From positions 1 to 64,000 of IMG/VR virus record IMGVR_UViG_3300050123_000043: a DNA stretch of 64,000 bases; one strand, given 5' to 3'. A program made the translations under genes and the position numbers. Source of the DNA: a virus. Lineage: Duplodnaviria > Caudoviricetes. The notes below the pieces were generated by a model. That model worked only from the letters and a program-made list of their open reading frames with translations. It was not told the origin of the DNA and searched no databases. This document shows, piece after piece, positions 16,936 through 23,519 of this stretch (positions are counted from its first letter, which is position 1; the number at the start of each line of letters is the position of its first letter).

Positions 16936-17727
16936 ATGTCACCATCCCACGCAATAGAATTAAACCATAGAGGTTATACTATTATACCAAATTTGATACC
17001 GCCTATTATTGTTGATGGATTGAGATATGCGTTGAACTTTTCATTTGATAAACACAGACAGATACAAATTGATAATAATAATGATATAGTTACGGAAGGC
17101 GTTGCTCTACATGTTTTATTAGATAATAGAAGATTTATTGAATTCTTACAATATCTTATGTTTGATATTAAGTTGTATTCCTTTCTGGAAGAAAATTATT
17201 TTAAATCAAAATTCATATTGAATTCGATGAGTGGCTTGAATAACTTACCAAACCAACCAAACTTTTCGTCCATAGTTCACCGTGATTTGAGATTTTATAC
17301 TGGCGAAATACCAGTCATGATAAATGCCCTTGTGATGGTTGACGAATTCACTGAAGATAATGGTCCCACCTTGTTATTACCATATTCTCATATTGATTTC
17401 GAAGAAAAACCAACCAATGAATACTTTCGAAGAAGTTCAGTGAAAGCTCTCGGTGAAGCCGGTAGTGTTTTATTATTTAATGCAAACGTTTGGCACGCAT
17501 CTAGCTTAAATACTTCTCGTAACGGAAGAAGAGCATTACCAATAACATTCACTAAATCACTTATAAAGCAGTTATTGGATTATCCCAGGGCTTTAGGATA
17601 CGATAGAATGGAAAGCTTTAGCGAACCAATGCAACAGCTTCTTGGGTATCATGCCCGTGTACCAGCCAACTTAGATGAATGGTATCAACCTTTTGATAAA
17701 CGATTTTATAAAAAAAACCAAGATTAA
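16936..17727 (+). CDS. Phytanoyl-CoA dioxygenase-family 2OG-Fe(II) oxygenase
   Basis: HRD, FTEDNGPT..PYSH, WH..S.N and RRA motifs. Confidence 0.85.
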   Translation: MSPSHAIELNHRGYTIIPNLIPPIIVDGLRYALNFSFDKHRQIQIDNNNDIVTEGVALHVLLDNRRFIEFLQYLMFDIKLYSFLEENYFKSKFILNSMSGLNNLPNQPNFSSIVHRDLRFYTGEIPVMINALVMVDEFTEDNGPTLLLPYSHIDFEEKPTNEYFRRSSVKALGEAGSVLLFNANVWHASSLNTSRNGRRALPITFTKSLIKQLLDYPRALGYDRMESFSEPMQQLLGYHARVPANLDEWYQPFDKRFYKKNQD

Positions 17728-17737
17728 AATAAACCAT

Positions 17738-17983
17738 ATGCCAATATTAATTTCTCGAAAACAGAATATAGTTCGATCATATACTTTTGAACTTAATCCA
17801 ATAGAAACTCAAAAATTTGAAGATGAGATTTTGAGTAATTTTTGGGATGCAACCAAAATTCCTGAAGACGAAAGAGCAGAGTTCAAAGTAACGTATACTA
17901 TAGATTTTTATAAAAAACCAGTAGAAGAAGAACCCCAACCCCAGGATGGGTCACATATTATACTAGGATTACCTTCTATCTAA
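17738..17983 (+). CDS. Hypothetical protein
   Basis: Start trimmed to MPILIS. Confidence 0.5.
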   Translation: MPILISRKQNIVRSYTFELNPIETQKFEDEILSNFWDATKIPEDERAEFKVTYTIDFYKKPVEEEPQPQDGSHIILGLPSI

Positions 17984-17985
17984 TA

Positions 17986-18017
17986 TTTGGTAATTTCAAT
18001 TATTTTACATATATTTG
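17986..18017 (+). promoter_or_regulatory. Sigma-A promoter of tRNA block 2
   Basis: TTTG-N20-TATATTTG. Confidence 0.8.
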
Positions 18018-18021
18018 TTTT

Positions 18022-18090
18022 ATGAAACATATCAATTCATATTATTCACTGAGTCTACTCTTATCGTCTTACGATACGGACCTGGGATAA
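18022..18090 (+). CDS. Attenuator leader peptide 2 (MKHINSYYSLSLLLSSYDTDLG)
   Basis: 12 consecutive Ser/Tyr/Leu codons upstream of the Leu/Ser/Tyr tRNAs. Confidence 0.8.
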   Translation: MKHINSYYSLSLLLSSYDTDLG

Positions 18091-18125
18091 TATTGAATTA
18101 ACCGAACTGATTCGGAAAAGTTATT

Positions 18126-18159
18126 ACCCTGGGATTTTTATCCTGGGGTTTTTTGTTTT
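18126..18159 (+). terminator. Attenuator terminator 2
   Basis: ACCCTGGGAT-TTTT-ATCCTGGGGT plus U-tract. Confidence 0.85.
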
Positions 18160-18233
18160 AGGGATGTGCTGCAATTGGTAGATAGCTACGCCTCAAAAGC
18201 GCATGTGTGTGGGTTCGAATCCCTCCTTCCCTA
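18160..18233 (+). tRNA. tRNA-Leu(CAA), short variable arm
   Basis: Loop CTCAAAA. Confidence 0.8.
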
Positions 18234-18262
18234 CTAAAAGCGTTACTAACGCTTTTCAGTAT

Positions 18263-18342
18263 ACCTTCGTGACTTATACGAAATGGCACAGTTACCGGTC
18301 TTAGAAACCGGGTCCTTGTGGGTTCGACTCCCACCGAAGGTA
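18263..18342 (+). tRNA. tRNA-Leu(TAG), short variable arm
   Basis: CCGGT-CTTAGAA-ACCGG. Confidence 0.85.
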
Positions 18343-18379
18343 CAATGTTTCCCTTATTAATGAGGTAAACAATTTATAA

Positions 18380-18459
18380 CCCTCTGTGGCTTATAGAAAT
18401 AGGTACACTTAACCGACTTAAAATCGGAGCTTGTCATGGTTCGAATCCATGCAGGGGGA
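18380..18459 (+). tRNA. tRNA-Leu(TAA), short variable arm
   Basis: CCGA-CTTAAAA-TCGG. Confidence 0.8.
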
Positions 18460-18464
18460 CATAC

Positions 18465-18551
18465 GGAAGGCCCCAGTTGACTGAGGTACACGGTCCTGAA
18501 CACCGCTAGGAGGCTAATACCCTTGTAAGAGTTGGACTCTCTTGCTTTCCG
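18465..18551 (+). tRNA. tRNA-Ser(TGA)
   Basis: GGAAGGC/GCTTTCC-G; loop CCTGAAC; long variable arm. Confidence 0.75.
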
Positions 18552-18669
18552 CTTTATATCTTTTAACATATAAAATCAGTAATATATTACCGATTATATC
18601 TAATAACGTATAATAAGGTAGAATATTTTGCAACAATCGGCAATTTATTACCGATTTTGCCGAAAGTTT

Positions 18670-18753
18670 GGAAAGTTAATTAGCAAGAGCTAACCCTCCC
18701 CGCTAAGGAGTGGGACCGGGAAACTGGTTGTGGTTCGTGTCCACAACTTTCCG
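18670..18753 (+). tRNA. tRNA-Ser(GCT)
   Basis: GGAAAGT/ACTTTCC-G; loop CCGCTAA; long variable arm. Confidence 0.8.
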
Positions 18754-18765
18754 CAAGAGGAAACA

Positions 18766-18797
18766 TTTGGAAGTTTCCTCTTTATTTCGTATGTTTG
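18766..18797 (+). promoter_or_regulatory. Internal sigma-A promoter for the HNH gene
   Basis: TTTG-N20-TATGTTTG. Confidence 0.7.
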
Positions 18798-18801
18798 TAA
18801 A

Positions 18802-19248
18802 ATGAAAAAGATATGTTCAAAATGCAATATTGAAAAAGAAGTACAAGATTTCAATAAACGCACAAACAGTAAAGACGGATATGATCCAAGATGTAGAACT
18901 TGTACAAAAGAACGAGATGTTTTAAGATATACTAAAAATCCCAAACTTTTTAAAGAAAGGGCAAAAGTTAAAAACACTTTTATAAGAGATAGAAACAGAC
19001 AATTTTTAATTGAATATTTAATTGATAAATCATGTATTGATTGTGGAGAAACCGATGCTGTTGTATTGGAGTTCGATCATATAGAACCTTCAACAAAAAT
19101 TGATTGTATTTCAGAAATGATTCCACGATCAAGTATTGAAAATATTAAAACTGAATTAAATAAATGTGAAATAAGATGTGCAAATTGTCATAGAAGAAAA
19201 ACAGCTAAACAATTTGGCTGGAAAAGAAAACACCTGGAATTATGTTAA
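18802..19248 (+). CDS. HNH endonuclease with N-terminal Zn-finger
   Basis: CSKC/CRTC; CIDCG..LEFDH..CANCH. Confidence 0.85.
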   Translation: MKKICSKCNIEKEVQDFNKRTNSKDGYDPRCRTCTKERDVLRYTKNPKLFKERAKVKNTFIRDRNRQFLIEYLIDKSCIDCGETDAVVLEFDHIEPSTKIDCISEMIPRSSIENIKTELNKCEIRCANCHRRKTAKQFGWKRKHLELC

Positions 19249-19272
19249 GATTAGATAAAACTTTACTCTTAT

Positions 19273-19343
19273 TGATTGAATACCAGGGCAGTAGGCACTG
19301 TCTGTAAAACAGAGGCACGTAGGTTCGAGTCCTACTCAGTCAA
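19273..19343 (+). tRNA. tRNA-Tyr(GTA), short variable arm
   Basis: CTGT-CTGTAAA-ACAG; TGATTGA/TCAGTCA. Confidence 0.8.
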
Positions 19344-19370
19344 CAAATTATAACTGAATTTTGTTATAAA

Positions 19371-19402
19371 TTTGGAAATTTGAAAAAGTATTATTAAGTT
19401 TG
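19371..19402 (+). promoter_or_regulatory. Sigma-A promoter of tRNA block 3
   Basis: TTTG-N20-TAAGTTTG, abutting a 22-bp palindrome variant at 19348-19369. Confidence 0.8.
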
Positions 19403-19413
19403 CAGTTAAGATT

Positions 19414-19506
19414 ATGAAACAGACTATCAACACGCGATTTTTTTGGCATCAACCGACCCCTCAAGGTCCAAGGGCTAAAGTTATGCGTGATACAGATATA
19501 GGTTAA
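19414..19506 (+). CDS. Attenuator leader peptide 3 (MKQTINTRFFWHQPTPQGPRAKVMRDTDIG)
   Basis: 11 consecutive Thr/Arg(CGA)/Phe/Trp/His/Gln/Pro codons upstream of those tRNAs. Confidence 0.8.
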   Translation: MKQTINTRFFWHQPTPQGPRAKVMRDTDIG

Positions 19507-19534
19507 ATAATCTCTTTTCTGCTTGCAACTTTTC

Positions 19535-19570
19535 AACCCTTGATTTTTCTAAACCGAGGGTTTTTTATTT
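19535..19570 (+). terminator. Attenuator terminator 3
   Basis: AACCCTTGATTT-TTCT-AAACCGAGGGTT plus U-tract. Confidence 0.8.
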
Positions 19571-19646
19571 CTAGTAATGGAGGAGTCCGGCCATCCTCGC
19601 GTGCCCTGGAAGCATGAGAACCCAGGTTCAAATCCTGGTTACTAGA
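19571..19646 (+). tRNA. tRNA-Pro(TGG)
   Basis: CGTGC-CCTGGAA-GCATG; C1:G72, A73. Confidence 0.85.
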
Positions 19647-19651
19647 CAAAT

Positions 19652-19723
19652 TCCTCTTAAGCTTTAATGGTGAAGCTCCAGTTTTGTAAACTGGTGAATG
19701 GGGATCGTTACCTCAAAGAGGAT
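19652..19723 (+). tRNA. tRNA-Thr(TGT)
   Basis: CCAGT-TTTGTAA-ACTGG. Confidence 0.85.
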
Positions 19724-19807
19724 CGAAGCCGGTTACCAAAATGTAAAAAAGCCGCCAGAACGTGTCTGGTTACTTGTTAAGACAAGTTGTAAAAAAGTTT
19801 GGGTTAT

Positions 19808-19882
19808 GTGTCTTGGGCAGGTCTGGTGACATTGCATCCGTTTGAAGAACGGACTAACAAGGTTCGATTCCTTGAGGATACG
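19808..19882 (+). tRNA. tRNA-Phe(GAA)
   Basis: TCCGT-TTGAAGA-ACGGA (G37). Confidence 0.8.
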
Positions 19883-19887
19883 CTTAT

Positions 19888-19959
19888 TCCTGGATCGTAT
19901 AACGTGTAGTACAGCCGTCTCTGACACGGTTAGCAATTGTTCGACTCAGTTTCCGGGAA
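19888..19959 (+). tRNA. tRNA-Gln(CTG)
   Basis: GCCGT-CTCTGAC-ACGGT. Confidence 0.85.
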
Positions 19960-19964
19960 CTTAA

Positions 19965-20035
19965 ACCCCTTTAGCATAAAGGTAATGCTGGTGGCCTTGA
20001 CCCACCAGAAGTTCGGTCGGTACGAGCAGGGGGTT
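19965..20035 (+). tRNA. tRNA-Gln(TTG)
   Basis: GGTGG-CCTTGAC-CCACC. Confidence 0.8.
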
Positions 20036-20037
20036 CT

Positions 20038-20107
20038 GTGAATCTAGTTCAATGGTAGAACGGCTGGCTGTGAACCAGGCAATTAGGGTTCGATCCCCGG
20101 TTTCACA
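20038..20107 (+). tRNA. tRNA-His(GTG)
   Basis: CTGG-CTGTGAA-CCAG; lacks the G-1:C73 pair. Confidence 0.8.
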
Positions 20108-20153
20108 CAACGCATGAATTTTTAATAAAAATTCATGCAAAATATTAACATAA

Positions 20154-20225
20154 CCTCCTTTCGTTCAACGAATAGGACCTCTGGCAACGAACCAGAAAAT
20201 AAAGGTTTGATTCCTTTAGGGAGGT
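20154..20225 (+). tRNA. tRNA-Arg(ACG)
   Basis: TCTGG-CAACGAA-CCAGA (A33). Confidence 0.8.
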
Positions 20226-20230
20226 CAATT

Positions 20231-20299
20231 ACGTGCCAGGCTAAGGCAGCCAAGCAAACTCCAAATCTGTAGGAGATAGTTCGATTCTATCGGTGCGTG
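20231..20299 (+). tRNA. tRNA-Trp(CCA)
   Basis: Loop CTCCAAA; ACGTGCC/GGTGCGT-G. Confidence 0.8.
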
Positions 20300-20791
20300 C
20301 AAATTATAACAAAAAGCAATTATAATTACTTTTTGTGATAATATTCACACAAAATTTTGTGATAAATGTTGGAAGTGTCAAAAGTATTGTTTTACTTTGC
20401 ACCCAACTTTCACCAGTAAAGGACACGCCACCACGAAAAAACAATGATATGAAGTGGCGCAACTACGTCCTGCCAATCTATGGCCCCAGTTTGGGAGGGG
20501 GGCCGGGGGGAGGGCCTCAACCCTTCATATTATTGATTTATAATACGTTAAATGATTACTGGTTAAATAGTTGGCCTGGTAAAGCTTATAAATTTGGTTA
20601 TGTGCTTTGAATTACATATATTTACAGAGGTAAAAAGCACAAAAAATATAAAAAGAGATTCAAGGAATCAATTTAAGATATTACCATCAAAAAAACACCT
20701 ATCTGGTTATAATCAAAAAACGTAATCTGCGTCCATTTAAAACGTTTAAGCAGATGGCGGTGAATTAGGTGACACCGTTTCCCGGTGGTAT

Positions 20792-20820
20792 AAAAGATGC
20801 AATTTATTGCATCTTTTTTT
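20792..20820 (+). terminator. Intrinsic terminator
   Basis: AAAAGATGCAAT-TT-ATTGCATCTTTT plus T-tract. Confidence 0.7.
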
Positions 20821-20874
20821 ATTTAACATAGTCTTAACTTGGTTTTATAATAAAAAACTGTTACATTTGCAAGT

Positions 20875-21222
20875 ATGAGAGCGTTGAAGATAGAAAAAAA
20901 GACTGATTCGAAAACTCAACAGATAAAGCTTGTATTATCAATCATTTGTCTATTAAACAATATTAATCTCTCAGAAACAGACTATATAGTTCTTGCTTTT
21001 TTTATTCAATATAAAATGAGTCACAAAACCGATGATTTGATAATAAAGAGTGGGGTTGTAAAGAACTTGGATGTTTTAAGGAATGTTAAAACCAGGTTAT
21101 GTAAGAAGGGATTTTTAAAAAGAGATCTTAAAGAATACAAAACCTATGATTTAAACATGAGTGCGGGGGAGTTCAATTGGGAAGACAATGATATTCGATT
21201 AATTATAAAACTCAATAATTGA
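20875..21222 (+). CDS. Hypothetical protein, possible winged-helix DNA-binding protein
   Basis: LSETDYIVLAF..NVKTRLCKKGFL pattern; promoter-like TTG-N20-TACATTTG upstream. Confidence 0.5.
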   Translation: MRALKIEKKTDSKTQQIKLVLSIICLLNNINLSETDYIVLAFFIQYKMSHKTDDLIIKSGVVKNLDVLRNVKTRLCKKGFLKRDLKEYKTYDLNMSAGEFNWEDNDIRLIIKLNN

Positions 21223-21572
21223 AAAATATTGACTATATAATTTTGAAGACCTCCAGGGACATGGATATTCCTAAAGAAAAGGTTAAGGTAATAGTGGATG
21301 CCTATTGGGACGGAGTGTATAAAAAACTTTTAAATTTAGATTCTACAACTGTTTTTATAAGGAATGTGGGGCTGATAACAATAAGTAAATTTAAATTAAG
21401 AAAGTTTATTTATAAATTTATTGATAAAATAAGATTTTTAAATAAAGGAGATAATTATTCTGAACAACAAAAACAAAAACTCAATCCTCTTTATATTAAA
21501 AAATTGAGGAAGGCTCTTTTTCAAAGAAATATTATTGCTAAAGACTACGCTAAAAAATTTGGAAACACATGA
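21219..21572 (+). CDS. HU/IHF-like DNA-binding protein
   Basis: Helix-helix followed by VFIRNVGLI (HU-type VxIxxFGxF); TTG start. Confidence 0.55.
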   Translation: MKNIDYIILKTSRDMDIPKEKVKVIVDAYWDGVYKKLLNLDSTTVFIRNVGLITISKFKLRKFIYKFIDKIRFLNKGDNYSEQQKQKLNPLYIKKLRKALFQRNIIAKDYAKKFGNT

Positions 21573-21961
21573 GTTTAAGAAAAACTTTTGGTGAGTATTT
21601 GGAAATGGTGAAGAATGGTTTTAAAAACAAAGATAAGATCATTGAAGCAATGCAGGTTTCTGCTATGATAAAGAATGGTCTGGTAATTGGGGATGGATTG
21701 GAAGTTACTAATGAGGCTATTGCTGAGATACTTAAAAGGATAGATATTTGTGCTGAGTGTCCTTTCAATAGTAGACATGCAAAGAAAGGATCTTACACAT
21801 CCACTTTACCTTTTGAACATTGTACTCTTTGTAAATGCAGGATAGGATATGACGATAGCAAGGAATATTGTTTGAGTTGTAATTGTGGAGCCGAAGCCTG
21901 GAATGAAATGAATCCTGATATGGAACCGATGGAAGTGAAATGGACTGCATTTAAAAATTAA
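21569..21961 (+). CDS. Cys-rich Zn-binding protein
   Basis: RIDICAECP..CTLCKC..CLSCNC. Confidence 0.65.
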   Translation: MSLRKTFGEYLEMVKNGFKNKDKIIEAMQVSAMIKNGLVIGDGLEVTNEAIAEILKRIDICAECPFNSRHAKKGSYTSTLPFEHCTLCKCRIGYDDSKEYCLSCNCGAEAWNEMNPDMEPMEVKWTAFKN

Positions 21962-21972
21962 AAATAAATATT

Positions 21973-22308
21973 ATGTGCGTAGTTAGTATGATAGGAGATC
22001 ACTACTCCGATAAATTTAGGGATGATTGGTATAAAAGGTTTATTCCTTGGACCCCTCCTATTCCAAATAATCCTTATCCCTGGAGTGGAAATTCTACTAC
22101 AACATCTGTTCCTTCGGCAACAAAAGAAGAGTTTGATGCTTTAAAGAAAGAAGTTGAAGAAATGAAAAAACTTTTAATTAGAGCAAAGATATATGATGAA
22201 AAAAACAATGAACCAGATTGCGAAATAGACGCTAAGATAGAACTTCTTAAAAAGTTTGCAGAGATAGTTGGAATAGATTTAAGTGACATTTTTAAAAAAA
22301 TAACATGA
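21973..22308 (+). CDS. Conserved hypothetical phage protein
   Basis: MCVVSMIGDHY..AKIYD..EPDCE pattern. Confidence 0.65.
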   Translation: MCVVSMIGDHYSDKFRDDWYKRFIPWTPPIPNNPYPWSGNSTTTSVPSATKEEFDALKKEVEEMKKLLIRAKIYDEKNNEPDCEIDAKIELLKKFAEIVGIDLSDIFKKIT

Positions 22309-22790
22309 AAAAAAGCACAAAGATTATTTTATTTGTATTATTCCTTGTAAGTCTCATTTCTTTTAGTATCTTTGTATCAGCACAGCAACAAAATCCAATA
22401 AAGAAATTTCATCCAGCAACGTATGAAGCTGATAGTGTTATTTATGTTCGTGATGATCAAACTATTACTATAACCGATAGTATTAATGTAGTTTTTACAG
22501 ATACTGCAAACTTAGTAAGATTTGTTAATATAACTAAAAAACAAACTCTTAGTATTGAAGTAATACAACAGGCGGGATCAAAAACACTTGAACAATATAA
22601 TGAGAAAGGAGAAAAAGAAAATTTAACTGTAGTTTGGTTTTATTGTTTAGTAAATGGCGAACATCAAGAAGTGTTTACAATGTTGTCTCTTCCAGATGGT
22701 GAAGTTGCAGCGGTTGGTATAGGTACTCAAAGTTACTTTACAGTTATATCATTAAAAAGAAAGAAACAATACGATAAAAAACTTAAATAG
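22305..22790 (+). CDS. Exported hypothetical protein
   Basis: Signal peptide ending VSA-Q. Confidence 0.6.
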   Translation: MKKSTKIILFVLFLVSLISFSIFVSAQQQNPIKKFHPATYEADSVIYVRDDQTITITDSINVVFTDTANLVRFVNITKKQTLSIEVIQQAGSKTLEQYNEKGEKENLTVVWFYCLVNGEHQEVFTMLSLPDGEVAAVGIGTQSYFTVISLKRKKQYDKKLK

Positions 22791-22795
22791 AAATT

Positions 22796-23065
22796 ATGAC
22801 CACAGAAAGAACGCTTCCGGGTAAGCCCGATAAGCAAAGAATGCAGACCACACAGCAGATTTTTCATAATCTTCTGGAGATAGTGGAACTTTATCCTCAG
22901 TTTTCTGTGGCCCAACATGTGGCTGCGATAAGTCGGAGAAAAAGTTCAAATGGTAAAGAATTGTATTTTTGGTCTGATGATGAACTTCTTAAAAAGATTG
23001 AAGCTCACAAGACAGAACTCGAAGGAGAAGACATTATGAATTATGATGATGGTGAAATTGATTAA
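22796..23065 (+). CDS. Hypothetical protein
   Basis: ORF in run. Confidence 0.6.
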   Translation: MTTERTLPGKPDKQRMQTTQQIFHNLLEIVELYPQFSVAQHVAAISRRKSSNGKELYFWSDDELLKKIEAHKTELEGEDIMNYDDGEID

Positions 23066-23073
23066 CATATTTT

Positions 23074-23430
23074 ATGACCATAAAGAAAACGTTTTATATA
23101 GACATTTATAGTTGTAATGTGCATGTAACGGCGGCTGATGATGTAAGACGATCAATAAATTATTATTTAAAAAAACACGGAGAAAAAATCATAGATTATG
23201 ATGTAGAAGGACTTTTTTTCGTTCCTATAGATCAAGTCTCTGATTATTATTTATTTTTTAATCTTAAAGGCTTAGATGTAAATACTTTGAATCATGAAAT
23301 ATCTCATCTTATTGAAGAAATTTTAATACATCGTCATATTAAAGCATCAGGAGAACAGAGAGCATACTTACACGGATCTACATGTGAAAGAATATATAAT
23401 TTCTTTAAAAAGAAAAAATGTATTAAATAA
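23074..23430 (+). CDS. Small HExxH metallopeptidase-like phage protein
   Basis: HEISH and EQRAYL motifs. Confidence 0.6.
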   Translation: MTIKKTFYIDIYSCNVHVTAADDVRRSINYYLKKHGEKIIDYDVEGLFFVPIDQVSDYYLFFNLKGLDVNTLNHEISHLIEEILIHRHIKASGEQRAYLHGSTCERIYNFFKKKKCIK

Positions 23431-23431
23431 C

Positions 23432-23507
23432 GGCCAGGTACCCAATGCTGGACGCGGGGTTAGTCTGCAAAACTTACTTAACACCAGTTCGATTCTGGTT
23501 CTGGTCT
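23432..23507 (+). tRNA. tRNA-Cys(GCA), stand-alone
   Basis: GGCCAGG/TCTGGTC-T (U73); loop CTGCAAA. Confidence 0.8.
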
Positions 23508-23519
23508 CAAAAAAATAAT

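Noticed and set aside
23445-23519. N-terminal extension of ORF 23445-23963
   Set aside because: Overlaps tRNA-Cys; the real start is likely ATG 23520
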